A DNA stretch of 64,000 nucleotides from an uncultured Acidobacteriota bacterium (lineage in GTDB: Bacteria > Acidobacteriota > Vicinamibacteria > Vicinamibacterales > CAVVIG01), in assembly GCA_963725105.1 (NCBI GenBank), contig CAVRXZ010000032.1, forward strand, positions 2,071 to 66,070, read 5' to 3'. Within the stretch, counting starts at the first letter, position 1. Every line of letters begins with the position of its first letter. Below are positions 39,500 through 49,495 of the stretch, piece after piece. The position numbers and the translations under genes were made by a program. A model generated the notes under the pieces. The model was not told the DNA's origin. It was given only the letters and a program-made list of their open reading frames with translations, and did not search any database.

Positions 39500-42458
39500 C
39501 GACGTAGTCCTTCCGGCAGACAGAACCGAACGCGCACGTGTCGCATCGGAACATGTCGTCGGGGCGTGGCGGAAACTCTCCGCGCGAAATGCCGTCAACG
39601 GCGTTGATGAGACGCTCCTGCGCCTCGCCAAGGACTCGATCGCGATCCGCGACCTGAAACAGTGGAGCGACCCGCCGCGGGCCTTTGAAGGCAAGGTACA
39701 CGGCTTCGCTCACCTTCCAGTGCAGGCCGCGGTGCCCATCCAGGCGCTGCTCCGCGCACAGGCTGTAAATGGGCAGCTGGAGCGCTCGGTTCCGATTGGG
39801 CGGCCAGCCCAGCTTGTAGTCGATGACGCGAAAGGTGCCATCCGCCAGGAGATCGATCCGATCGGCTTTGCCTTTCAAAGAAACGGTGCGCGAACCCGAT
39901 GAAGTCTGAAACGTGAATTCGCCTCTCAGCGAATGCTCCAGACGACGTTCGACGACGCCGATGGGACGCTCGGCTTCCATGCGGAGGACCGCTTCGCCGA
40001 GTCCGGCCGCCGCAGATGAACCGAGGAGACGTGTCCGCTCCAAGGCGGCCTCGGTCATGGAGAGATCACGGAGATGAAACTCAACGACCTCTTCAAACAG
40101 CCGACGCGCAAGATCGAGATTGCCGGGCTCGATCGCCTGATGTCCAGCTTCCTGCCACCGTTTGAAGAAGTCCTCGAACACCGCGTGCACGAACCGCCCC
40201 TGGCTGCGCGGATCCATTACCTCTTCGTCGTCTGGCTCCTCTTCGAGTTGGAGCACGTGCTGCGCAAAGAACTTGAAGGGGCAGGCCACATACGTCTCGA
40301 TCGCGCTCACGGACCACGGCTGACCCGGCAGAGCCGATGTCTGGCCATGGAAAGCCGGCGAGTCCCGGATCGATCGCATCCGGCGAACCTCGGCCCATCT
40401 GCGTGCACCTTGAGACAAGCGGCCAATTTCAACTGGCTCGAGGGACAGCTCTTCCTCGACGAAGATGCGCGGCTCCGGCCCGACCTCCTCCCGCGCGATG
40501 ATCGAAAGACCGGCCTCGCGCGCCTCGTCCAGAAGCGATGAGGGCTCGACCAGCGCTTCATCGTCCAGCGTCACCGTAGACAGGCAGGTGCGCTCGGACG
40601 CCGACGTCAGTAAATCGAGGAACCGCGCCTCGGACGCCACCCGCCCATCTTTCTCGGAGGGCCACCCCAGGGCGCTGAGTAGACTGGTCGGATAGAAGAT
40701 GTTGCGATCCGGACGTTCGGGCCACTCCCCTTCGATCAAACCGACGACCGTCAGTTCGTCGAAATCGCCGTAGCGCGCTGCGTGGTCATCGAGGAGCTGC
40801 ACGCCTCGGGTCCCGTCGCTATCCAGCGCGAATGTCTGGGCCTCAATCCATCGACGAACCGTCGACGCCAGCCCGTCAACCTCTACGGGCACGTCGTCGT
40901 GGGCCCTGGCAGCCGCCAGCAGCGTGTGGAGGGTGTCCACAATCGCCGCCCGTGCCCGCCGCGGACGCGCCGATTCTGGGAACGCCCCCTCAACGAGCCG
41001 TTCGACATCGGGGTCCCTGGCATCGTGAGACTTGAGAAACGAGAGCAAGCGTTCGAACTGGATGGATGTAGGCGCAAGCGAGCGGAGCGGCGCGAGCTCC
41101 TCCGCTGCGCGAATCGCGGCGTCGAGCGCGGGCAAGGCGGTGCCACGTTCAGGAGCTGATCGCCATACCTCTTCCAACCGCCGCAACGCTTCGAGATCGC
41201 CCAGGTACCGCGCATCGCTCAGTCGGCGATCGAGTTCGGCCATGACGTAGCGGGTTAATGGCTGTCCGCCCGACTCGAAACTGAAGTGCGGCGAACCGAG
41301 GAGAGCAATCAGTGTTTCGCGCGAAAAATCTGACGACGCGAACTCGAAGACGAGATCGAGCGCCGCCGCAAAGGGCTCAGCTGCAAGCGGCAGAGCGTCT
41401 GAAGTCTGATACGGAATCCCGGCTCCACCAAATACCTCACGCGCCACGTACAGGTATGGGAGCGGCTGTCGATAGACGACCGCGAGGCGTTCCAGCTCTC
41501 TGGCGGCCGAACCGGTCCGCTGGCGTTCCCGCTCGTCTGATTTCAGCCGCCGTGCAACGCCGATCAGCTCTTCTTCCCGATCTCGACTCAAGAACCATGG
41601 ACGGTCGCTCGGGTCCGAGGGCGCCGCGAGTCTCGTCTCGACCGGATGCGCGACGTCGGTCCACTTCACCTCGTCCAAACCGGGCAGCCAGTCGTGAATC
41701 CGCTGGTGGAGGCCAGAGGCGAGCGCCGCTTCGGTCTCGATGAGATCAAGCGTGTCCACACCTGGCAGGCGCGCCAGCAAATCAAAATCGGCCACGTAGA
41801 GGCCGTGCGGATCGGCGATCCAGTCTCCGACGGTGACAATGATGGAGCGGAGTGGGGCAGGAGCGGGCGTCTCGAGAAGGCGTTCACGAAGCGTGTGCTC
41901 GTCGCAGGCACCGGATCGGGCGAGGCGGCGCTCGTACGCACGAAAGATCTCGGCCAGCAGACGCGTCTGATAGAGCATGCGATCCGCGCCGCGATCGAAG
42001 TCTGCCTCGCGCTCCAACGCGGCCTGGAGCAGTTCCTCGAATCTGGCAACCCGCTGCCCCTGCCGTCGAAGCTGGTCGTAGAACCGGAGCATGTCCACCA
42101 CGAGTCCGGGTCTGATGTGGACTGTTGACTGCAGCTCCAGCACCCTGGCCGCCTCCCTGGCGGCCGCCTGGGCTATGGCTTCGCGCTCGTAGGGCGATAG
42201 ACGTGCAGGTGGATCCGCGAGCCGCGCGTGCAGGCGATCGTAAAGGCCATCCCGCCCGACTATCTCCAGGGAATCAGTGACTGCCTGGTCGACGCCACGG
42301 CTGCGAAGCAACCGGCGGAGCTGCGCCGCGGCGGCGGCGTGAGAGACCACGACGAGCCGCGACACTCCAGGCACACCGGAGGCCGCGGCGACGATGGCGT
42401 TTCGGAACTCGTGAAGATCGCGAACGCGAAGGAGCCGCGTGCTACGCGGAGTGATCAC
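39489..42458 (-). CDS. addB: AddB-like PD-(D/E)XK nuclease subunit with Fe-S cluster cysteines
   Basis: 989 aa, no Walker A, C-terminal YVACPFKFF ... RCDTCAFGSVCRKDY cysteine pattern typical of AddB/RecB-family nuclease domains. Confidence 0.8.
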   Translation of the reverse strand: MITPRSTRLLRVRDLHEFRNAIVAAASGVPGVSRLVVVSHAAAAAQLRRLLRSRGVDQAVTDSLEIVGRDGLYDRLHARLADPPARLSPYEREAIAQAAAREAARVLELQSTVHIRPGLVVDMLRFYDQLRRQGQRVARFEELLQAALEREADFDRGADRMLYQTRLLAEIFRAYERRLARSGACDEHTLRERLLETPAPAPLRSIIVTVGDWIADPHGLYVADFDLLARLPGVDTLDLIETEAALASGLHQRIHDWLPGLDEVKWTDVAHPVETRLAAPSDPSDRPWFLSRDREEELIGVARRLKSDERERQRTGSAARELERLAVVYRQPLPYLYVAREVFGGAGIPYQTSDALPLAAEPFAAALDLVFEFASSDFSRETLIALLGSPHFSFESGGQPLTRYVMAELDRRLSDARYLGDLEALRRLEEVWRSAPERGTALPALDAAIRAAEELAPLRSLAPTSIQFERLLSFLKSHDARDPDVERLVEGAFPESARPRRARAAIVDTLHTLLAAARAHDDVPVEVDGLASTVRRWIEAQTFALDSDGTRGVQLLDDHAARYGDFDELTVVGLIEGEWPERPDRNIFYPTSLLSALGWPSEKDGRVASEARFLDLLTSASERTCLSTVTLDDEALVEPSSLLDEAREAGLSIIAREEVGPEPRIFVEEELSLEPVEIGRLSQGARRWAEVRRMRSIRDSPAFHGQTSALPGQPWSVSAIETYVACPFKFFAQHVLQLEEEPDDEEVMDPRSQGRFVHAVFEDFFKRWQEAGHQAIEPGNLDLARRLFEEVVEFHLRDLSMTEAALERTRLLGSSAAAGLGEAVLRMEAERPIGVVERRLEHSLRGEFTFQTSSGSRTVSLKGKADRIDLLADGTFRVIDYKLGWPPNRNRALQLPIYSLCAEQRLDGHRGLHWKVSEAVYLAFKGPRRVAPLFQVADRDRVLGEAQERLINAVDGISRGEFPPRPDDMFRCDTCAFGSVCRKDYVGDV

Positions 42459-43837
42459 GGAAGTGCGGGCGGTCGAAGGAGCGCCTGAATCTCGGCCTTT
42501 GCGCGGGACACGAGCATCAGGGCACCGGCTGCGGCCGCAGAGGCATCCCAGGCGCGAGTCACGTTTCCTGACAGCGCCGCTTCGCGCCGAATCTCCGCCG
42601 CATTGTCAGCGAGCTGGGCAGCGCTCGCCAGCATCGAGTGCGCCGATCGGCATTGTTCCGGCGGCGCCACCGTGGCCAGCAGCAGCGTGACCGACCTCAC
42701 TTGACGGTGCATCATCGTCAACGCGGCCTGTGATGAGCCGGCGAGCTCTTTGATGTCCTTCAGCGGCTCGTCGAGGCTTTGAAGAATCCTGAGCGGGGTG
42801 CTGATGGCCATCTCGTATTCGCGCAGCGCCTGGACGCGGAGCACCCACGCGTCGCGGTTCAGGCGAAGCTCACGGGCCGCATCAAGATTGGTCTGGACCG
42901 TCGCGAGAGCGTTGTCCACGATCTCGGGACGCGCGAGCCCGAGCGCGGCGTCATTGGCTTTGATCAGATCGACGACACGTAGCACACCGCGCACGTCCGC
43001 CACACGAGCCCGGCGTTCGGACAGCGTCACGAGCCGCTGAGCCATCGATTGGTACGCCCGGTCGACGCGGGCTTCCTGATCGATCGCCATGGAAATGCTG
43101 GCACGCGTGGCGCCAACCCAACGGGCCGGCAACCGGGCCTGATCGCGCTCAAGTGCGGTAAGGGCGGCGTCCAGCAGTGCCTGCCGCTCGGAGGCGGCAG
43201 CCGTCAGTCGGGCCGCGGCAATCGTCAGCTCGATGGTTTCCCTGGGCGTCGGACGTGGCATCAGTGGCTCGGTCACGTCTGGCGAAGCCGCAACCGCCAC
43301 AAACGTAAGGTCGAACCGTTCGCCGCCGGAGGCGGTCCGCAGGTCCGCGATCGCCTCGTCCAGCATGGACAGCATCTGCTGGACATCCTTGTGGCGGTAG
43401 TTGTAGTGCGTCTGCGACCATTCGGCCAGCGTCTTCCGGGCGTTTTCCACTACTGACAGTCGGGCGCCGGGATCGGGGAGGTTGACCACATCGCTCAATG
43501 CGGTGGACAGGACGCCGCTCAGCTCGGCGAAATCGCCCTCAGCCTGCGTGGCGAAGTAGTGCTCGGCCCGCGCCCGCTCGGCGTAGCGCTCCGTCCGGTC
43601 CCAGTCGATGCGATTTGCGGGAATATTGACGAGCTGCAGCGGCGGATTCGGGGTCGCCGCTGTCGGCATCGAAAAAATCACACGTTCCCCGACCCGCGCG
43701 AATTCCCCGTAACTGACAAGGGAGGTCCCGTCTCGCAGGAATAAGCGGAAGAGCGTGGCGTCGCCGTCCGCGAACGACGCACGGCCCCCTGACCACAACA
43801 GCAGTGCCAGCGCGGCAGCTGACACTCGGGCTTTCAT
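42455..43837 (-). CDS. secreted alpha-helical hypothetical protein
   Basis: Signal peptide MKARVSAAALALLLWSGGRASFA. Its stop overlaps the addB GTG start (GTGA). Confidence 0.7.
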   Translation of the reverse strand: MKARVSAAALALLLWSGGRASFADGDATLFRLFLRDGTSLVSYGEFARVGERVIFSMPTAATPNPPLQLVNIPANRIDWDRTERYAERARAEHYFATQAEGDFAELSGVLSTALSDVVNLPDPGARLSVVENARKTLAEWSQTHYNYRHKDVQQMLSMLDEAIADLRTASGGERFDLTFVAVAASPDVTEPLMPRPTPRETIELTIAAARLTAAASERQALLDAALTALERDQARLPARWVGATRASISMAIDQEARVDRAYQSMAQRLVTLSERRARVADVRGVLRVVDLIKANDAALGLARPEIVDNALATVQTNLDAARELRLNRDAWVLRVQALREYEMAISTPLRILQSLDEPLKDIKELAGSSQAALTMMHRQVRSVTLLLATVAPPEQCRSAHSMLASAAQLADNAAEIRREAALSGNVTRAWDASAAAAGALMLVSRAKAEIQALLRPPALP

Positions 43838-43877
43838 ATAAGGATCAGGCGTCGATCATACCCTGATCCCAAGGGCA

Positions 43878-43984
43878 TGTGGAAAACCTGTGGACGTCTC
43901 GCGAAAATCCTGTGGAAGAAACGACAGAAGCGCCGAATGATCGTGCCATCGCCCGACTGGAAGGGCGGCCCCCGAAAATGTGGA
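43878..43984. promoter_or_regulatory. four TGTGGA copies (three preceded by GAAAA) in a divergent intergenic region
   Basis: TGTGGA at 43878, 43889, 43911 and 43979. Confidence 0.25.
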
Positions 43985-44301
43985 TGCGTTTTCGTCCTTC
44001 GCTTCGCTTGATTCCCGAGTCGATCGACATGAGAATAGCGCGCTCACACCACACTTCTTCCGCATCGACACTCGTGGTTAAAGTCGTTCATCGATTCGAA
44101 GAGTCCATTGCAGGACGCCCCTACCTGATCGAGGTGGCATTCGTCGCCGACGAGCGCTGGCGCGCGGACATCGTCCGCATCCCGGGCCTGCCCACCGCGA
44201 TGATGCCCTTCTACGGACGGACGCCGGACGAAGCCGCAAAGAATCTCACCGACTGGCTCACCCGCGCCCATCAGCGCGCCGCGACCTTTCCGCCGCGCTA
44301 G
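43879..44301 (+). CDS. hypothetical protein (start uncertain, possibly ATG 44029)
   Basis: ORF with coding-like C-terminal half RPYLIEVAFVADERWRADIVRIPGLPTAMMPFYGRTPDEAAKNLTDWL. Confidence 0.4.
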   Translation: MENLWTSRENPVEETTEAPNDRAIARLEGRPPKMWMRFRPSLRLIPESIDMRIARSHHTSSASTLVVKVVHRFEESIAGRPYLIEVAFVADERWRADIVRIPGLPTAMMPFYGRTPDEAAKNLTDWLTRAHQRAATFPPR

Positions 44302-44305
44302 GGCC

Positions 44306-45368
44306 GTGCGGTCGCTGGTTCCGGGCGCCCGATTCCGCCGATTCATCAGGACGGTGGCGGTGTGTGGCGCGCTGGCGGCGCTTGGAGGCGGCCGCGAGGT
44401 CACGTCACAGGCCGAGACACCGGATTTCGATCGACTGGCCCGACAGCAGTCCGAAACCGATCGTGCCTGGCGTATCGCGAGCCAGGGTCGGATGCTGATG
44501 GACAAGATCTCGTACCGGAGCCGCGCCGGCGGACTGGAAATCCCCGCGTTCGTCTTTCGACCGCTCGGACGCGAGGCTGCGGGAAGCCGGCCCGCGCTCG
44601 TCTGGGTGCACGAGGACGTTCGCGGTCATCTTTATGAGCACTACATCCCCTACGTCCTCGACGCCACGTCGAAGGGCTACATCGTCATCGCCCCGGAGTA
44701 CCGCGGCAGCGTGGGGTACGGGCGCGCGTTTTTCGACGCCATCGACTATGGCGGTGCGGAAGTCGAGGACGTCGTGACTGCAGCGGATGTGCTGCAGATG
44801 AGGTATCCCGGCGTCGACGCCACGCGAATCGCCATCATGGGCTGGAGCCATGGCGGGCTGATCGCGATGCTGGCGGTGTTCCGGCATCCGACGACGTTTC
44901 ACGCAGCGGTGGCTATCGTGCCCGTGGCCAATCTGCTGCAGCGCCTCAGCGTTGAAAGGCGAGGAGCGGCAGCGCCAGCTCATCGATCCGCAGAACCGGT
45001 TCGGCGGCCCGCCGAATGAGAAGCCTGAGGTCTACCGCGATCGATCGCCGCTCTACGGCGTCGACAAGCTGAAAATTCCCCTGTACGTGGCCGTTGCGAC
45101 CAACGACGATGATGTGAGTATCGTGGAGAGCATGCCGCTCATCGACGCCCTGAAGACACGGAAGCCGCAGCTGGCCGAAACGACGGTGTATGCCGACCCG
45201 CCCGGCGGGCACTTGTTCGATCGGCGCGTTGCGCCGAAAACGTGGCAGCCCGAGAACACGCCGGAACAGGTGGATTCGTGGACGCGCGTCTGGCGGTTTC
45301 TGGCGCGTACGTTGACGGTCGACGAATCGCGCCGCTACAATGAAAGATCCTCCGACGTGGGCCAGTAG
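44306..45368 (+). pseudogene. S9 family serine peptidase / alpha-beta hydrolase, +1 frame change near 44951
   Basis: GWSHGG nucleophile, later DDDV...GGH. Parts sit in ORFs 44306-45019 and 44952-45368. Span mod 3 = 1. Confidence 0.8.
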
Positions 45369-45434
45369 CGCAGTTGGGAGCGCGCATGAATGGCATTCAT
45401 GAGGTCACCGGTTCGATCCCGGTCTGGTCCACCA
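45359..45434 (+). tRNA. tRNA-Ala (anticodon GGC)
   Basis: 76 nt cloverleaf folded by hand: acceptor GGGCCAG/CTGGTCC with G3:U70, D-arm GCGC-AGTTGGGA-GCGC, anticodon arm CATGA-ATGGCAT-TCATG, T-arm ACCGG-TTCGATC-CCGGT, encoded CCA. Confidence 0.93.
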
Positions 45435-45439
45435 TCCTT

Positions 45440-45458
45440 CGCTCGCCTTGGGCGAGCG
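45440..45458 (+). terminator. short GC hairpin after the tRNA
   Basis: CGCTCGCC-ttg-GGCGAGCG; no U-run. Confidence 0.3.
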
Positions 45459-45720
45459 TCGGCTCGGTAAACCGCGCGAGTTTCTAACAGGGGAAGGATG
45501 CCGCGCCGAAGCAGCGCGGAGCGCTGCGATGGCGGGCCTGCTCACGGCCGCAAACGGGCTCAGTTGATCAAAACCCTCTCATAAATACGTTTTGGCTCAG
45601 CAGGTCTGCGAAGGATACAGGATCTGCGCTGCCAGCAGAGTATGGGGTGGCAGATTCTTCGCTCAACGAGCTCACCCATCCGTTCACTTGCACGGCACCC
45701 CGTTTGCTCGCTCATCAACG

Positions 45721-45996
45721 ATGGCTTCCACAAAGCGATTCGTCTGCATTCTGAGAGGCGGGGCTGATCGCCAACGGTACTATGTTGGCTTGAGTTCGAA
45801 CGTGGCTGAAAGGTTGGCGGCTCACAACGAAGGCCACAGTCCGCATACCGTCAAACATCGACCGTGGCAGCTGCACGTGTCGATCGAATTCGTCGATGAA
45901 TCCCTTGCGATTCGGTTCGAGCGCTACTTGAAGTCTGGCTCCGGCCGCGCGTTCGCGAAGCGCCACTTCGAGCAGCCGAGACCGCAGTCGACATGA
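45721..45996 (+). CDS. GIY-YIG nuclease family protein
   Basis: FVCILRGGADRQRYYVGLSSNVAERLAAHNEG GIY-YIG core, 91 aa. Confidence 0.8.
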   Translation: MASTKRFVCILRGGADRQRYYVGLSSNVAERLAAHNEGHSPHTVKHRPWQLHVSIEFVDESLAIRFERYLKSGSGRAFAKRHFEQPRPQST

Positions 45997-46020
45997 TGGT
46001 AACTGGAGGTCCGAGCCCGC

Positions 46021-46763
46021 TCACCGCGCCGTGCAGGGTCTCGGATTCCACCCCGTCGCGTCCGCCTGCCGTTTGAAATGTGTGCTCGTGATGAACGGCA
46101 CCGTCAGATAGGTCGGATCGTCGACAATCGTCTTCACGATCAGCCACGAATCGCCGTTCGCTTCGTTGACCCGGTCGTAGTATTCCGTCACCTGCGCGTC
46201 GGCGCTGTACGGCACGCCATTCTTCCGCAAGTATCCAGCCTTCACCCGAGTCGTCGTCACCTTCAATCCCGCACCGGGCAGAATCCCGCGTGCGCCGGCC
46301 GCCACATCCCAGGCCGCTATCGAAACACCTTGCCAGTCGCCACCTTTGGCGGCGGATGCTCCGAAGTGAAAGAGCCGGACCTGCGTTCCGCTGTCAGTTT
46401 CCACTTTCAGGGTGTTGTCGTCCTGCCAGGTGATGTGGAGGCGTCCCGGCACCCGCATGATCGCGGGCGCGCCGTATGCCTTGCATTGGGCGCCCGCCGC
46501 CTCGTCTTTCGCGGGGTCCCATGCGTCGGCGATTCGCTTCCCCTCGGCATTCAGCGGCACGCTCGCGTAGTCGCCCTTCGCCGGTGTGACCATGCGATAC
46601 AGCCAGTCTTCGGTGACCACCGATACCCAATACCCCGTGAGGTCCACCGAGGCCGCAGTCCTTTCCGGTCGCAGGGACTGGAGCCCCGCCTCGGGTCTGC
46701 GCAGCCAGTGAGCTGGCGCAGCCAAATCGAAAGCAACAGCCAGGATACGAGACGAGTCCTCAT
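46021..46763 (-). pseudogene. unknown exported protein, family member C; N-terminal signal/lipobox region out of frame
   Basis: Main frame DLTGYWVSVVTEDW...DDPTYLTVPF. The ATG 46763 overlapping the MBL stop gives MRTRLVSWLLLSI. Span mod 3 = 2, so two insertions or one deletion in 46690-46760. Confidence 0.6.
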
Positions 46764-47725
46764 CACTTCGACCGCTGTGACGTCAGGCTCCTGTAGACCG
46801 ACTCCACGAATCGATCGGCGGTGCCGAAGCCGGACGCGGCGCCGTATCGACCGTCGTAGTCTTTCGTCAGGCCCGCGGCCTTTGTTTGATCGAGCGTCAT
46901 ACCTTTGTTGACCGCCGCCTGAATCCGATCCCGGAGGATCGTGACCATGTCGCGATACTCGAGCAGATCAGGCTGATCGCAGATCCGCCCGTGGCCGGGA
47001 ACGATATAGGTGCCGCCCTCGTCCTGCGGACCGACCACGGCCAGCTCGAGAACTGTATTCAATGCGTCGATTTCACCCTGGATGCTTCCGCCCCGCTCGA
47101 GATCGATGAAGGGATAGCTGGTGGTGACGAGGATGTCGCCGGCCACGACGACGTCAGAGCGCCTGAAGAAGACGAGGCTGTCGCCATCGGTATGCGCCGC
47201 CGGTTGATAGATCATCTCGACTGCTTCACCGTTAAAGAAGAGCGGCCTGTGCCCCGATCGATACGTCGAAGTCGGCCATGAACCGAATGGCACCTCGGCA
47301 CGGACGCCGGTCGGAACGCTCATGCGCTGAAGCACGTTGTCGTGCGCCCAGATCTGCGCGCCGGCGCCTGCATCCTTGAGGTTCCCGGTCACGTTCGCTC
47401 CGACGTAGGTCAATCCCGCCTTCCGAACGGTGTCATTTCCTCCTGTGTGATCCGGATGCACGTGTGTATTGATGACGTATTGAATCGGTTTGTCGGACAG
47501 CTTGCGGATCGCAGCAACGACCTGATCAGCCATCGCGGCCGTGCCGGTGTCGACAACGAGGACACCCGTCTCGCCAACCTGCACCGTGACATTGCCGCCC
47601 GCGCCCGTGAGCAGAAACACGTTGCCCTGCACGTGCAGGGTCTGGATTTCCTGAGCGGCCGGCTGTGCGAGCACGCCGATCAACGTCAGACGGGCGAACA
47701 CGGCAAGGGCAGCCAGGTGTCTCAT
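46763..47725 (-). CDS. MBL-fold metallo-hydrolase, secreted
   Basis: THVHPDHTGGN motif, signal peptide MRHLAALAVFARLTLIGVLA. Confidence 0.9.
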   Translation of the reverse strand: MRHLAALAVFARLTLIGVLAQPAAQEIQTLHVQGNVFLLTGAGGNVTVQVGETGVLVVDTGTAAMADQVVAAIRKLSDKPIQYVINTHVHPDHTGGNDTVRKAGLTYVGANVTGNLKDAGAGAQIWAHDNVLQRMSVPTGVRAEVPFGSWPTSTYRSGHRPLFFNGEAVEMIYQPAAHTDGDSLVFFRRSDVVVAGDILVTTSYPFIDLERGGSIQGEIDALNTVLELAVVGPQDEGGTYIVPGHGRICDQPDLLEYRDMVTILRDRIQAAVNKGMTLDQTKAAGLTKDYDGRYGAASGFGTADRFVESVYRSLTSQRSK

Positions 47726-48612
47726 TTTGCGGCCCTTGTCAGCTTCGCCTGGTACTCGGGGTAGATGGTCTCCGACCCGCCCAGTGCGGCTTCCAGCGGA
47801 ATCTTGTACAGCTCGGCGAACTCGTGAAGAAACGGATTCGCACCGGGCAGGTAGTGCGGGACGACGCCACGGGGCCGTTCGATCTCAACCACCGGTTCGC
47901 AGGGATACAGCCAGGTCTGTCCGTTCTGCACACGGTGCATCAGGTCCGTCGTTCTGATCAGCGGCTCGCTCAAGGTGATCGGATCGCTCAGAATCGAGAC
48001 GTGCGTGAGATGCTCGCCGTGTCGGATGAAGTGTTCGGTCAGCGTGGCCTGATCGGTATGGCGCAATCCATTCCGTCGAATCCATCCCCACTTGATGTGC
48101 GTGGTATGAACGGTCAGGATGTTTCCTTCCCACGCACCGGTTGAGAAGCCCATCCAGGTATGGGGCGCGGCTTCAGCCGGGTGCGGTCGATCGTCCATCC
48201 AGATCGTCCGCGTCTGCTGATAGTTGTCGAGGTATTGCTTGATGGCGATGAGCTTCTTGGAAATCGGATCGCGCTCTTCCCAGATGCGCAGGTTGTACGG
48301 CCCGCGGTATATGTAGGAGACGATGTGGACTTCGCACTGGTGCTCGGGAATGGTGAAGCGTGAAGCATCCCACGCCAACCCGTACATGCGCGCGCCCTCG
48401 GTGATGGGCAGGCCGAGGTAGTTCACGAGCTCTGGCCCCGGCCCGCGTTCGTGCTGATCCTCGTGGAACACGGGACCCCAGTTTCCAGCCAGATCGACAC
48501 CGGGCCCGACCGGGTTGTATCCGCCGGGGCCCTGTGCCGGCAGCGAGATGCGCCCAAGGAGCACGGCCCACACGGCCAGCAGAACGGACGCGCCGAGATA
48601 TCGACGGGGCAT
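47722..48612 (-). CDS. unknown exported protein, family member A
   Basis: Signal peptide; DLAGNWGPV, GFSTGAWEGNILTVHTT, LSDPITLSEPL blocks shared with 46021-46763 and 51219-52091. Confidence 0.7.
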   Translation of the reverse strand: MPRRYLGASVLLAVWAVLLGRISLPAQGPGGYNPVGPGVDLAGNWGPVFHEDQHERGPGPELVNYLGLPITEGARMYGLAWDASRFTIPEHQCEVHIVSYIYRGPYNLRIWEERDPISKKLIAIKQYLDNYQQTRTIWMDDRPHPAEAAPHTWMGFSTGAWEGNILTVHTTHIKWGWIRRNGLRHTDQATLTEHFIRHGEHLTHVSILSDPITLSEPLIRTTDLMHRVQNGQTWLYPCEPVVEIERPRGVVPHYLPGANPFLHEFAELYKIPLEAALGGSETIYPEYQAKLTRAAK

Positions 48613-48716
48613 AGACAGCCGCTTCAGAAAGCGCGGTGATTATAAGCCCGTGCTGCGATCAGGTATCCTGGATCGGCCGCCACCCCGATGCAGTGCGGCC
48701 TTGGTTCACCTGGCCC

Positions 48717-49484
48717 ATGCGCAGATACATCGTCCCGATCGCGTGCGCCGCGGCAGCCGGCTTCGCGTTGACCGTGCACGCGAAGGTGTTTCTGAAGCCG
48801 GGCCAGCAGCCCCCACCGAACACCTTCGTGATGATGGTGCCGCCGAGCGGAAACGGCCAATGCGACAGCCTTGGGTTCCAGAGAATGAAATGGACGCGCT
48901 ACTGCGCGTACCAGAGGGTCGGAGGGGGGCCGCCGCACGATTGCATGTGGCTCGACTACGAACATCCCAAACGGACGGCCTACAGCTACACGAACCCGGC
49001 GGACCAGCCGCCATCCTACTCGTGGCGCGAGGGAGAAGCGCGTCCCGCGTTGGGATCTGGTGCGCCGTCGACACTGCTCGATTGTCGCCAGCTGCCCCAA
49101 CTGGCGAAGCCTAAGCCGCCGCTCACCGGCGGGGTGCAAGAAAGCCAGCTGAGCTCCAAAGTCGAGATTGACTATCAACACCTGCCGCGAATGGACGGGA
49201 AGATTGCCATCCAGGTCGGTTCGAACACAGCGGTTCTCGATATCTATTCAATCGAGAACTCTGATTTCGATGATCATCCGTTCACACCCAACCAGACAGG
49301 CAGTGCGACGAGAGTGACGCAGGTCACTGGTGGACTGATCCGAGAAAGCGTGAGGGCGACGCGGGCTGGCAACGTCATTACGTACACCGCGACCTACCGT
49401 ATCACGTCGCTGGTCTTTGCCAACGGTCAACGTGACACGACGCCGCGCACGCTGGCGGTCACGGCGCGCACGTACGCGCGCTAG
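48717..49484 (+). CDS. secreted hypothetical protein
   Basis: MRRYIVPIACAAAAGFALTVHA signal peptide; no recognisable domain. Confidence 0.6.
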   Translation: MRRYIVPIACAAAAGFALTVHAKVFLKPGQQPPPNTFVMMVPPSGNGQCDSLGFQRMKWTRYCAYQRVGGGPPHDCMWLDYEHPKRTAYSYTNPADQPPSYSWREGEARPALGSGAPSTLLDCRQLPQLAKPKPPLTGGVQESQLSSKVEIDYQHLPRMDGKIAIQVGSNTAVLDIYSIENSDFDDHPFTPNQTGSATRVTQVTGGLIRESVRATRAGNVITYTATYRITSLVFANGQRDTTPRTLAVTARTYAR

Positions 49485-49495
49485 GTCGGGCTCGG

